Shown: positions 47,354 to 57,622 of the stretch, piece after piece
Layout: every line of letters starts with the position of its first letter
How positions within the stretch are numbered: the first letter of the stretch is position 1
Origin: an uncultured Veillonella sp.
GTDB lineage: Bacteria; Bacillota; Negativicutes; Veillonellales; Veillonellaceae
Direction of reading: 5' to 3'
NCBI GenBank assembly: GCA_900757715.1
Contig: CAAEOZ010000090.1
Location: 2,740-66,739 of the forward strand
Length of the DNA stretch: 64,000 nucleotides
Program-made: the position numbers and the translations under genes
Notes under the pieces: generated by a model
Database searches by the model: none
Seen by the model: the letters and a program-made list of their open reading frames with translations, nothing else
What the model was told of the DNA's origin: nothing

Positions 47354-47587
47354 ATGAATTTTGAAGAAAATCAAGTGCCAGAGGCGATTCTGGACAAGCT
47401 CACAAAGGTGTGCACTTGCCGTAGCATTACGCGCAAAACGATTAAGGAAGCCATTTTAGATGGTGCTCATACATTTCCACAAGTAAAAGAAGCAACTCGT
47501 GCTGGCACGGGCGCTTGCGGTGGCAAAGGCTGTGGGCTGCGTATCGTAAAGCTCTTAGCGGAAATGAAAGAGCAAGGCAAAATTTAA
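47354..47587 (+). CDS. BFD-like [2Fe-2S]-binding domain protein
   Basis: 77 aa with Cys pattern CTC...(32)...CGGKGC, typical of the BFD/NifU-like (2Fe-2S) domain. Confidence 0.7.
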   Translation: MNFEENQVPEAILDKLTKVCTCRSITRKTIKEAILDGAHTFPQVKEATRAGTGACGGKGCGLRIVKLLAEMKEQGKI

Positions 47588-47590
47588 TTT

Positions 47591-47695
47591 GCGAAATGTA
47601 ACATACACATTTTTCACATCCAAAATGTAAGATACATAGTTTACACTCCAAAATGTAAACTATAATGTTCGCACAACAAAAATGAAACATATAAA
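47591..47695 (+). repeat. 4 direct repeats of ~19 bp (ccaaaatgtaaNatacaNa) at 28-29-bp periodicity
   Basis: Copies at 47591, 47619, 47647 and 47676. Confidence 0.6.
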
Positions 47696-47871
47696 GATTG
47701 TTATTTGATTCTCTCAATGGATATACCCGTTGGGTTCTCGAGTAACAATCTTTTTGTTTTGTAAGATACATGTACTATAATGCTGCTTGTCGTGTGTTGG
47801 TTATGTTGGGCTCGTTTATATTTTTTGATATACTATACATAATACTTTTTAGAGATTTAAGGGAGGTATGC

Positions 47872-49020
47872 ATGTTTCGACGCTTCGTAGCAGCCACTAT
47901 GATTGGTGCATTAGCACTCACAACGGGCTGCGGTTTACATAATCCATTTACTTCAAAGGCAGAACCTGTGACCTATGAGTCCGTGGCACAAAGCGAGCTT
48001 TCACCAGAGCAAAAGGTGGACAAGTTAGTGGCTAATATGTCCGATGCTGACAAGGTGGGACAATTGTTGATGATTGGCATTCACGGCACAACGCTAAACG
48101 ATGACGCTAAATTTATGCTCAACGAGTACCGTGTGGGGGGCATCATTTTGTTTGATCGAAATATGGAGTCCAAGGATCAAGTTAAAATGCTCATTGCAGA
48201 TATTAATAAGGCTGGTAAAAGCGCCGGTTTAACGCCATTGTTCCTCGGCATCGACCAAGAGGGCGGTGCAGTAGCGCGCATGGATGATAAGCTCATCAAG
48301 GTTCCTCCCGCTGAGGAGGTAGGTAAAATGCCCGTTGAGCAAGCTGTATCCTTGGCAAAACAGTCTGGTGCAGAACTAAAAGACTTGGGCTTTAACATTA
48401 ACTTTGCTCCTGTGGCGGACTTAGGATTAACCTATGGTCGCTCTTATAGTACGAGCCCTGATGAGGTCGTTCGCTATGCAGGCGCCGTTGGCAAGGCTTA
48501 TGATGAAGCGGGCTTGTAGTATTCCTATAAGCACTTTCCGGGCATTGGTAAGACCGATGTAGACTTGCACGCTGACACAAGTATCGTTCCTGTCTCTAAA
48601 GAAACATTGCTTTCAGAGGACACAAAGGTATTCGTAGACCTTATCAAACAGTCTAAATCAAATACCTATACAATCATGGTGTCTCATGCGATGTACCCAC
48701 AAATCGATCCAGATTATCCTGCTAGTTTATCGAAAGCAATTATTACCGATTGGTTGCGCAAGGACATAGGCTATAATGGCGTTGTGGTAACGGACGATAT
48801 GGACATGGGGGCCCTTGCAAATCACTATACTTTTGGCGATATGGCGGTGCAATCCATCCTCGCCGGCAGTGATATCTTGCTCGTGTGTCACGAATACGAA
48901 CACATGCAAGAGGCTTATAACGGTCTTATGAAAGCCGTGAAAGATGGTCGTATCTCGAAAGAACGACTCGATGAATCGGTGAAACGGATTTTGCTCATGA
49001 AAATGAATAAAATTTCTTAG
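47872..49020 (+). pseudogene. GH3-family NagZ-like lipoprotein gene interrupted by an in-frame TAG (48517-48519)
   Basis: The signal/lipobox MFRRFVAATMIGALALTTGCG and ...AVGKAYDEAGL* continue in the same frame as YSYKHFPGIGKTDVDLHAD...VVVTDDMDMGAL. Both halves are homologous to the 9764 gene. Confidence 0.7.
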
Positions 49021-49104
49021 AATTTCTTATTTTAAGGAAGGAATTTTAAGAGTATATCACGAATATAGACAGTGGAAATACTATTCATGGACGGCGAATC
49101 TGAG

Positions 49105-49134
49105 TTGACACTCAAGGGAGAACTTTGTTATAGT
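49105..49134 (+). promoter_or_regulatory. sigma-70-like promoter (-35 ttgaca, 18-bp spacer, -10 tatagt) for the candidate sRNA
   Basis: ttgaca ctcaagggagaactttgt tatagt. Confidence 0.5.
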
Positions 49135-49141
49135 TAATACA

Positions 49142-49211
49142 CAGAGAAACTGTGCGAAACTTACGGGTAACGCGCAACACTCGTCGACCCAAGGGTCGGC
49201 GAGTTTTTTTG
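49142..49211 (+). ncRNA. candidate ~70-nt small RNA ending in an intrinsic terminator
   Basis: The transcript would read acagagaaacugug... Terminator ctcgtcgaccc aag ggtcggcgag plus ttttttt (49180-49211). No ORF. The next gene is 300 nt downstream. Confidence 0.4.
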
Positions 49212-49519
49212 TTTGTAGGAGGGATTTATGTCTAAGCCTTTTAAGTCTTTAGATTCCCTATTACGCTTGATGAGATTATAAGTGAGTTATTACTTTTAAA
49301 AGAAAGTTTACCAATTATACAATTTAATCAAGTTCTTGCTAAAATGGAGTTAACGCTCCAGTGGAAACAAACATTAGAAGCACTAAAATAATAAAATATA
49401 TAGTGTATACATAACGTGCTATCAAGGATTTTATTAAACCGATAGAGAATTAATAAGTAAAGTGATTCTCTGTCGGTTTATTTTTTATTGTATAGTTTGT
49501 TTTGTTAGGAGTGAAGTAT

Positions 49520-50671
49520 ATGGCTCGGAGAATAATGTTGAACGGTACGTCCTATTTTGGACAAGGCGCAATTCAGGAGATTGTGAACGAAATTAAGAAT
49601 CGCCATTTCAAAAAAGCCCTCGTTACATCTACGCCAGATTTATTTGAATTTAAAGTGGCTACAAAGGTTACGGATTTGCTTGATGCGGCAGGTATTGCTT
49701 ATGAAGTCTACGACGGTATCAAACCAAATCCTACCATCGAAAACGTAACGGCTGGTGTTGAGGCTTGTAAAGCGGCTGGCGCCGATGTTATCGTTGCTGT
49801 TGGTGGGGGTAGCCCGATCGATACAAGCAAGGCGATTGCTACTATTATTACGAACCCTGAGTTCGCCGATGTACGCAGCCTTGAAGGTTTAGCGCCTACT
49901 AAGAATCCGTGCTTGCCAATCATCGCTGTTACTACTACATCTGGTACGGCTGCAGAGGTTACTATCAACTACGTTATTACAGACGTTGAAAAGAACCGCA
50001 AATTCGTTTGCGTTGATCCTCATGACATCCCAATCGTTGCCATCGTGGATCCTGATATGTCCGCGTCTATGCCAACAGGCCTTTGCGCTGCTACAGGTAT
50101 GGATGCCCTCGTACACGCCGTAGAAGGTTATATCACAAAAGGTGCGTGGGAGCTAACTGATATGCTCCATTTGAAAGCTATCGGAATCATTGGTCGTTCC
50201 TTGCGTAGCGCTGTGGCTGGCGATTATGCAGGCCGTGAAGCTATGTCTTTAGGTCAATACATCGCGGGTATGGGCTTCTCCAACGTAGGTCTCGGCATTG
50301 TTCACTCCATGGCTCATCCATTAAGTGCTGTGTACGATATCCCTCATGGTAAGGCTTGTGCGATGTTGTTAACAGCAGTATTGAAATTCAATGCCCCTGC
50401 TACAGGTGAAAAATATCGTGAAATCGCTCGCGTTATGGGCGTTCCTAATGTAGATGCTATGGATGAAGCAACCTATCGTCAAGCGGCTATCGACGTAATT
50501 CAGAAATTAGCTGATGATGTAGGTATTCCTAAATCTCTTAGCGAATCAGGCGTAAAACGGGAAGACATTCCATTCCTCGCTGAATCTGCTTTCAACGATG
50601 CATGTACACCTGGTAACCCACGGGATGCCTCTTTAGAAGAAATAATCGGCATCTATGAATCCATATTCTAA
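49520..50671 (+). CDS. iron-containing alcohol dehydrogenase (FucO/DhaT-like)
   Basis: GGGSPIDTSK NAD-binding motif; the metal-ligand motifs include HSMAHPLSAVYDIPHG. RBS aggagtg. Confidence 0.85.
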   Translation: MARRIMLNGTSYFGQGAIQEIVNEIKNRHFKKALVTSTPDLFEFKVATKVTDLLDAAGIAYEVYDGIKPNPTIENVTAGVEACKAAGADVIVAVGGGSPIDTSKAIATIITNPEFADVRSLEGLAPTKNPCLPIIAVTTTSGTAAEVTINYVITDVEKNRKFVCVDPHDIPIVAIVDPDMSASMPTGLCAATGMDALVHAVEGYITKGAWELTDMLHLKAIGIIGRSLRSAVAGDYAGREAMSLGQYIAGMGFSNVGLGIVHSMAHPLSAVYDIPHGKACAMLLTAVLKFNAPATGEKYREIARVMGVPNVDAMDEATYRQAAIDVIQKLADDVGIPKSLSESGVKREDIPFLAESAFNDACTPGNPRDASLEEIIGIYESIF

Positions 50672-50740
50672 TTAGCGTCTTTACATATTTCAAATGCCTC
50701 CGAATGTGTAAAGAAAATACATTTACACACTTGCTTAACA

Positions 50741-50780
50741 AAACTAGCCATCTCTTTTTAGAGGTGGCTAGTTTTGTGTT
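50741..50780 (+). terminator. rho-independent terminator
   Basis: aaactagccatctc ttttta gaggtggctagtttt gtgttt. Confidence 0.75.
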
Positions 50781-50969
50781 TAAAGCGCTATCTATTGTTT
50801 TGTGATTCGGATCTTTGATCTTGTGTTCCGTGAGAAAGCTATTTTTATACGTAATCCTTTCTTGAAAATGGTGGTTTACATAAGTATACTAAGGATATGA
50901 ATGCATAGTTCGTGTAGACCTATGTCGGCAGAGGAACGGTTGGTTTTGGTCACTGCTAAGGAGGATGTT

Positions 50970-52514
50970 ATGAAATTATGGAAATTTAATAAGCGTAGTT
51001 CTACCTTGGCAGATATGTCCATGAATCGGGTGCTCTTAACGGAGCTCATTGCAAAGGGTGCTCTTGTTGGGGTGATTGCAGGTTTTTTTGGGGCATCATA
51101 CCGCTATTTGATACTTGAATCAGAGCATATCAGGTGGCATTTGATGGATGATATTACTATGGAATGGGTCATAGGTTGGCTTGTGATAATGGTCATTTTT
51201 GCGTTTATTGTAGATCGATTGCTCGCATGGGCCCCATTGTCTGGTGGTTCTGGTATCCCGCAAATTGAAGGGGAGATGTTAGGTCTCTTTGATATGAAGC
51301 CCTATCGGACACTAGTATCTAAAATGATTGGTGGCGTACTGACCGGCTTTGCAGGATTTTCCGTAGGTCGTGAAGGGCCAGCCGTACAGATTGGCGGCTC
51401 TGCTGGGAAGATTGTGTCCTACTGGATGAATTCGGGACTACGAGAACAGCGTATTTTGACATCCGCAGGTGCTGGGGCAGGCTTAACAGCTGCCTTTAGT
51501 GCGCCCGTATCGGGGGCGATGTTCGTCTTTGAAGAGGTACATAAAAGCTTTTATCCGTATCTCGTTGTACCAACCTTCGTGGCAACTTTGATTTCTAACT
51601 ATATTACAGTTAGTATCTTTGGACTTACACCAGCGCTGGGCTTTACGGTGACCTCAGGGGTTCCTCTTGAATATTTCCCGATACTGCTCATGGTTGGTGT
51701 TATCATGGGGCTATGTGGCGTGTTATTTTGCCGTATGATTTTTGCTTTCAAGAGGTTCTTTGACTGGCTCAAATGTTCTCGATTCTTGAAATTAGCCCTT
51801 ACCTTTGTGGCGGTGGCAGCCATTGGCTTTGATTCGCAGCTCCTCTTGGGTGGGGGCAATGACCTTGTGGGTCAGCTTGCCTTTCAATCTCATGGCGTAT
51901 TGCTCTTAGGTGGCATCGTATTAGGCAAGATTTTACTTACCACCTTCTGCTATGGCAGTGGTGCTCAAGGGGGCATATTTTTGCCCATGCTCGTGATTGG
52001 TGCTGCAACAGGTGCTTTTTGTGAAAGCTTACTTTCAACCTTAGGACTTATTTCTCCTGATTTTGTACCACAGTTCGTTATCTGTGCCATGGGAGGGATG
52101 TTGGCCGCAGCTATGCGTACTCCCATCTTGGCGATTTTGCTCGTCCTTGAAATGACAAATAGTTTCTCTAATATTTATGCTATCGGTACCGTTACGCTAG
52201 TGGCCTATCTTGTGGCGGATCTTTTAAAAGAACCGCCGATTTACGATTCCTTGTTGCAAGCCATGAGTGGTCAAAGCAATCTAGAATCGGTGCAAACCTT
52301 CTTTCAAACGAAGGTGCCTGTGGTGGCAAACTATACGGATGTACAGCTACAAGACTTGGCATTGCCAGATGGTACATTGATCGTAAGTATTCGCCGTAAT
52401 GGTACCTACATTGTGCCATTAGGCGATGTAAAACTCGAACCAGGGGATGAATTACAAGTCTCTTGTGAACGAGGCCGGTTGAAAGCGGCGAAGACGTATT
52501 TCCAATCTAACTAG
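50970..52514 (+). CDS. ClC-family voltage-gated chloride channel/transporter with a C-terminal TrkA-C (RCK_C) domain
   Basis: Selectivity motifs GGSGIPQIEG, GREGPAVQIGG and GIFLPMLVIGAATG. RBS aaggagga precedes ATG 50970. Confidence 0.85.
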   Translation: MKLWKFNKRSSTLADMSMNRVLLTELIAKGALVGVIAGFFGASYRYLILESEHIRWHLMDDITMEWVIGWLVIMVIFAFIVDRLLAWAPLSGGSGIPQIEGEMLGLFDMKPYRTLVSKMIGGVLTGFAGFSVGREGPAVQIGGSAGKIVSYWMNSGLREQRILTSAGAGAGLTAAFSAPVSGAMFVFEEVHKSFYPYLVVPTFVATLISNYITVSIFGLTPALGFTVTSGVPLEYFPILLMVGVIMGLCGVLFCRMIFAFKRFFDWLKCSRFLKLALTFVAVAAIGFDSQLLLGGGNDLVGQLAFQSHGVLLLGGIVLGKILLTTFCYGSGAQGGIFLPMLVIGAATGAFCESLLSTLGLISPDFVPQFVICAMGGMLAAAMRTPILAILLVLEMTNSFSNIYAIGTVTLVAYLVADLLKEPPIYDSLLQAMSGQSNLESVQTFFQTKVPVVANYTDVQLQDLALPDGTLIVSIRRNGTYIVPLGDVKLEPGDELQVSCERGRLKAAKTYFQSN

Positions 52515-52526
52515 GAGTGTTAGTAG

Positions 52527-52976
52527 ATGAAGATTGTAAAAGCTACCGAGTCAGATATATTAGAATTATATCGATTACAATTGCTTACTTTTGAAAGTGA
52601 AGCGGAAATGATTGCTAGTCGAATGGTCCCTGCATTGATGGAGTCGGAAGAGGATTATAGAGGTACTTTCAACCAGTGGCATACCTATAAAATGGTAGAT
52701 GATGCGGGGAAGATAATCGGAGGCATTCGTTATCAATATGATGCTGGCGTAGTAGAGGTCGGTCGCTTGATGGTGCATCCAGACTATCGGCAACAAGGAT
52801 TGGCTCGGAAATTATTGGCATTCGTGGATGAACAATGTAGCCAAGATCGGCGCGTATTATATACATGTACAAAAAGCTGGATCAATATAAAGTTATATAC
52901 AAAAATGGGGTATAAAGCCGTTAGAGAAATACAGGATGACACGGGATTATCCTTTGTATATATGGAGAAACAATAA
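52527..52976 (+). CDS. GNAT-family N-acetyltransferase
   Basis: VEVGRLMVHPDYRQQGLARKLL acetyl-CoA binding motif. Confidence 0.8.
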   Translation: MKIVKATESDILELYRLQLLTFESEAEMIASRMVPALMESEEDYRGTFNQWHTYKMVDDAGKIIGGIRYQYDAGVVEVGRLMVHPDYRQQGLARKLLAFVDEQCSQDRRVLYTCTKSWINIKLYTKMGYKAVREIQDDTGLSFVYMEKQ

Positions 52977-52986
52977 TTCAAACGGC

Positions 52987-53796
52987 ATGGGAGGTCTTAA
53001 TGTGCTTGATAATATAGTGATATTTTATATATTCTTTACCGTAGTTGGTTTTTTAGCAGCTATGATTGGCACCATCATCGGTGCCGGTGGGGGCCTTGTG
53101 TTTGTGCCTCTCTTTATGTACTGGTTCCCAGAGTGGTCTCCATCTATGGTCGTAGGAACATCGCTTTTTTCTGTTATGTGTAACGCCATTTCTGGATCTA
53201 TAGCTTATCTTAAGCAAAAAAAGGTATACATTAACGCTGCTATCATCTTTAGTCTTGCTACCTTTCCGGGGGCTATTTTAGGTGCCCAAATGTCTGGATG
53301 GTTCTCTGGTAAAGGCTTTATGTTTGCCTTTGGATGCTTTATGCTGTGTGCATCCGTATTGATTGGTTTTAAAAATTTTAGAAAAGGGGAAAGAAAGGAA
53401 GAAAGCCTTACTCTTGAGCAGTTGAGCTATAGTAAATCTATCGGTATTAGTATTAGCTTTTTTGTTGGCTTTATTTCGAGTATCTTTGGTATCGGTGGTG
53501 GCCTCATCCATGTGCCGGCTTTGATTTATCTCATGGGCTTTCCTACCCATATGGCAACGGCTACAAGTCAATCTATTCTCGCCGTATCAACAACGGTGGG
53601 GGTTATTACACATTTAATTGAAAGCCACATCATTTTTAGTATTGCTATCCCTACTAGTATTGGCGCTATCTTTGGTGCTCAAGTAGGTGCTCGTATTGCA
53701 AAACGCCTTAAAGCAAAAGCTATCCTTGCCCTTATGAGCGTAGCTGTCTTTGCATTGGCGGTACGACTCATTCTTAAATCTGGTATTTTGGGATAA
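52987..53796 (+). CDS. TauE/SafE (DUF81) family anion exporter; start uncertain (ATG 52987 or GTG 53002)
   Basis: Duplicated GxGGG motifs (GAGGGLVFVPLF and GIGGGLIHVPALIYLMGF), 7-8 TM. Confidence 0.7.
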   Translation: MGGLNVLDNIVIFYIFFTVVGFLAAMIGTIIGAGGGLVFVPLFMYWFPEWSPSMVVGTSLFSVMCNAISGSIAYLKQKKVYINAAIIFSLATFPGAILGAQMSGWFSGKGFMFAFGCFMLCASVLIGFKNFRKGERKEESLTLEQLSYSKSIGISISFFVGFISSIFGIGGGLIHVPALIYLMGFPTHMATATSQSILAVSTTVGVITHLIESHIIFSIAIPTSIGAIFGAQVGARIAKRLKAKAILALMSVAVFALAVRLILKSGILG

Positions 53797-54294
53797 TATG
53801 GTTTTATAATTAATCTATCTTTAATAAGCATAATTTAGTAAAGCTCTCTAATGGTGATTCGTAAGCGTTTATCATTAGAGGGCTTTCTGTATTTTCAGCA
53901 TTTTATAAAAGGGTATAACTAAAAGTCATAGAGAATTATAAATGAGAATGAAAAATTTAAAATATATAAATCATACTATTTTTATGCATAATGTTGGTAA
54001 TGTATTTACTATAGAATTATAGGTAGTACGAATCGTTGTTTAGAGAGGTTTTAGCATATAATTACTGACTATATCTATACATGCTTAATAAATAAGGATT
54101 CTTGATTGTATATGAGGAAAAATGGGTACATGATAATGCTAATGAGATGTACTTTCAACTGAGGGAATAAAAAGGTAATGCATATCGATTTTTATTAGAA
54201 GAGATATAAATTATGCATAATTATAGTGAGGAGAATGAGAACGGCGTATACTAAAAGTAATAGATTCCTTAAGAAAGGATAGGAGGAAATAGAA

Positions 54295-57117
54295 GTGAGT
54301 ACACTTATTAGAGATTATGAACGTTTTGCCAAGGAGGCAAATGAGATTTGTAAAGGTCGCGTATACACCGATCATTTACGTCGTTATGCATATGGCGTTG
54401 ATGCGTCTTGCTATAGCTATTTACCAAAGGTAGTTGTTAAAGCTGAAGATGAACGAGAAGTAAGACGGCTTATTCGTTTGTGTCAACAATGTGGGACACC
54501 ATTTACATTCCGTGCGGCCGGCTCCTCCTTGTCTGGTCAATGCTCCAGTGAAGATGTGCTCATCGTATGTAATGATGGCTTCAAGAAAATGGAAGTTATC
54601 GATGATGGGAAAGCCTTAAAATGTGAATGCGGTGTTATCGGTTCCGATGCGAATGATTTATTGAAACCGTACAATCGTAAAATTGGTCCAGATCCTGCAA
54701 CGCTTGCCACAGCATTAGTAGGTGGTATCTTGAATAATAACTCCTCTGGTATGTGCTGTGGTACGGCGCAAAACTCTTATAAAACAATTCGGTCCATTCG
54801 CGTTGTGTTATTAGATGGCTCCATCCTTGATACGTCTGACCAAAAGAGTATTGATCAATTCCTTAAAGAAAAACCTCAAATGGTAGAGGATATCTTACAA
54901 TTGCGTAAGGATATTTTGGCCGATGAAGAATTGACACACTTGATTCATCACAAGTATAAAATTAAAAATACCACAGGTTACGGCTTGAACTCTCTCGTTG
55001 ATTTTGAAGATATTATCGATATCATTAATCACTTGTTCATTGGCTCTGAAGGTACATTGGGCTTTGTGTCCGAAGTTGTATATAACACGGTTGAAGACGT
55101 GCCTCATAAAGGCTGTGGACTCATGTTCTTTAGTACATTGAATGATGCATCCCTAGCGGTTGTAGCTTTGGCTAATATGGGCCGTGAAAAGGTTATTGCT
55201 GCGGAAATGATGGACTATCAGTCCTTGCGCGCTGTTCAAGCCTTAGATAATGTGCCTGACTTCGTTCGTGAAGTGCCTGAAGGCACGAGTGCCATCTTGT
55301 TCCAAACTGAAAGCTACACGAAAGAAACGGTTGATCAAAACTTGGCTTTCATTAAAGACAAGTTGAAAGATATCCCAACAGCCCTCCCAAGTCTTTACTC
55401 TCAAGACCCTGTAGAATACGATTCTTGGTGGGCTATCCGTAAAGGCATCTTGCCAATCGTTGGTGGTCAACGTAGAAAAGGCACCACTGTTATTACAGAA
55501 GACGTATGCTTCCAAATCGAAGATTTCACTAAGGGTATCGAAATGATTACCGAATTGTTCCACAAATACGATTTTGTAGACGGTGGTGTAATCTTTGGTC
55601 ATGCTTTGTCTGGTAATGTTCACTTTAACATCACACCTGACTTCAGTGACCCTAAAGATACTAAGAATTTTGCTGATTTGGTAGAAGAAATGTCCGAACG
55701 CGTATCTGGTTTCGGTGGTTCTTTGAAAGCCGAACATGGTACAGGTCGCATGGTGGCACCATTTGTTGAAATGGAATGGGGCCGCAAAGCGTACGAAATC
55801 AATCGTCGCATCAAAGCCATCTTTGACCCTGAACGCATCTTGAATCCTGATGTTATCATCACAGATGATCCAGATGTGTATAAGAAAAATCTTAAAGCTC
55901 AATGCGTTATCGATGATGCTTTTACAATCTGTATGGAATGTGGTTTCTGTGAAAAACATTGTCCAAGCCGCAATTTAACATTGACTCCTCGTCAACGTAT
56001 TGCATTGTTGCGTGAAACAAAACGCCTTGAAAACGAAGGCAATTTCACATTGGCTGCGGAACTTAAAAAAGGCTATGAATATTTTGGTGTAGATACCTGT
56101 GCTGCGTGCTCCATGTGTAAAGGTCTTTGCCCGCTCAGCATCGATACTGCTCAAATTGCATTATCCATGCGCCGCATCGATCCTCCAGCACCGGAATTAG
56201 CTAAGAAGATTTACGATAATTTCCCTACTACACTTCAAATGGCTCGTGCCGGCGTAAGTCTCGAAGGTATTGCAGGTTCTATCGTTACACAAAAAGCGAT
56301 TTCCAAGATTACAGAAGGCTTACATGGTGTAACAGGTATTACTCCGTACATTCCTAAGACTACACCTAAGGCCAATCGTTACAGATTGAGAAGCCGTATT
56401 AAACCGACTAATTTTGAAAAGGTTGTATACTTTAGTACTTGTGCGAACCGCGCCTTCAAACCTAATCAAGGTTACGACGATGAACGCAGCTTGCAACAAG
56501 TAGTGGAAAGCCTTTGCAACAAGGCCCATATCGATATTATCTACCCTCAACATATCGAAAACCTCTGCTGTGGCTTGAGTTTTGAAAACTATGATGACGT
56601 TCATGAGCGCGCTGTTAAGGACTTACACGATGCATTGATGCAAGCATCTCAAAACGGTAAATATCCAATCGTGATCGATCATAGTGCATGTTTCAACCAT
56701 GCTTTCAAACACATGCCAGACTTAGAAATCAATGATATTTCTGAATTCTTGTGTAAATACGTTGTGCCTCATCTCGATATTGAAAAATGTGATGAACGGG
56801 TCATCGTACACAAACAATGTAAGATTAAATCCTTGAATAAATCTCAATATATTGAAGATTTGGCTCGTCTATGTACAGACCATGTATTCAACATTAAATC
56901 CTTTGCATGCGATGGCTTTGCAGGTCAAAAAGGGTTCTTTACACCAGAACTTAACAAATGTGCTACCAAAGACCTTGCTGCTGAAATCGCTGAATACGGT
57001 GCAACACTAGGCGTAAGCTCCAGCTCTACCTGTGAAATCGGTCTTGGTGAAAATGGTGGCATCCCATTCGTTGGCGTTGCATTTTTATTAGATCGTTGTT
57101 CTAAGGCTAAGAAATAA
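54295..57117 (+). CDS. FAD-binding and Fe-S (CCG-domain) oxidoreductase, YdiJ/D-lactate dehydrogenase-like
   Basis: 940 aa. N-terminal PCMH-type FAD domain (FRAAGSSLSGQ). Central 4Fe-4S motifs CMECGFCEKHCP and CAACSMCKGLCP. C-terminal cysteine-rich CCG repeats. GTG start with RBS aggagga. Confidence 0.8.
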   Translation: MSTLIRDYERFAKEANEICKGRVYTDHLRRYAYGVDASCYSYLPKVVVKAEDEREVRRLIRLCQQCGTPFTFRAAGSSLSGQCSSEDVLIVCNDGFKKMEVIDDGKALKCECGVIGSDANDLLKPYNRKIGPDPATLATALVGGILNNNSSGMCCGTAQNSYKTIRSIRVVLLDGSILDTSDQKSIDQFLKEKPQMVEDILQLRKDILADEELTHLIHHKYKIKNTTGYGLNSLVDFEDIIDIINHLFIGSEGTLGFVSEVVYNTVEDVPHKGCGLMFFSTLNDASLAVVALANMGREKVIAAEMMDYQSLRAVQALDNVPDFVREVPEGTSAILFQTESYTKETVDQNLAFIKDKLKDIPTALPSLYSQDPVEYDSWWAIRKGILPIVGGQRRKGTTVITEDVCFQIEDFTKGIEMITELFHKYDFVDGGVIFGHALSGNVHFNITPDFSDPKDTKNFADLVEEMSERVSGFGGSLKAEHGTGRMVAPFVEMEWGRKAYEINRRIKAIFDPERILNPDVIITDDPDVYKKNLKAQCVIDDAFTICMECGFCEKHCPSRNLTLTPRQRIALLRETKRLENEGNFTLAAELKKGYEYFGVDTCAACSMCKGLCPLSIDTAQIALSMRRIDPPAPELAKKIYDNFPTTLQMARAGVSLEGIAGSIVTQKAISKITEGLHGVTGITPYIPKTTPKANRYRLRSRIKPTNFEKVVYFSTCANRAFKPNQGYDDERSLQQVVESLCNKAHIDIIYPQHIENLCCGLSFENYDDVHERAVKDLHDALMQASQNGKYPIVIDHSACFNHAFKHMPDLEINDISEFLCKYVVPHLDIEKCDERVIVHKQCKIKSLNKSQYIEDLARLCTDHVFNIKSFACDGFAGQKGFFTPELNKCATKDLAAEIAEYGATLGVSSSSTCEIGLGENGGIPFVGVAFLLDRCSKAKK

Positions 57118-57342
57118 GTCTTATATATCTATTGCTATTTAGGTTAACGTTGCTAGTAGTTTATGTTAAAGTAACTGGTAGTTTATATTAATGCTGCTTT
57201 AATATTGCTCGCAAATTATGTTAAAACTAGTAATAGTTTTTTAGGGGTTTTATGAGATTTATTGCTAATTCTTTATTTTTCTAAAAAATGTGGTATACTA
57301 AACGTAGGTAGTAGAGTGTATGAAATTACCTGCAATATAACC

Positions 57343-57377
57343 AAAAAAAAGGACGAGTGGCAGCTCGTCCTTTTTCT
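57343..57377. terminator. bidirectional terminator
   Basis: aaaaaaaaggacgag tggcag ctcgtcc tttttctt. Confidence 0.8.
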
Positions 57378-57380
57378 TGC

Positions 57381-57518
57381 TTATTTTTTGTTTTTATTGT
57401 TAAGCCAGTAGCTGTAGGTAGTTACAACTAAGGCAACAATAATAGGGGCAAGCAAGGTGCCCCAGAGTGCATAAAACAGCTCCTGCAATATACCACCTCC
57501 TTTCGGGAGGTATTTCAT
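57381..57518 (-). CDS. possible 45-aa small membrane protein
   Basis: MKYLPKGGGILQELFYALWGTLLAPIIVALVVTTYSYWLNNKNKK. It ends at the terminator, but there is no convincing RBS. Confidence 0.3.
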   Translation of the reverse strand: MKYLPKGGGILQELFYALWGTLLAPIIVALVVTTYSYWLNNKNKK

Positions 57519-57622
57519 ATTATATCATCATGCTATGGAGTCTAGTATATGATTAAATATCGAGTCTTACATATGATTTAAATATGGAGACTTGCATAGG
57601 ATTTAAGAATGGAGAATTCTGA

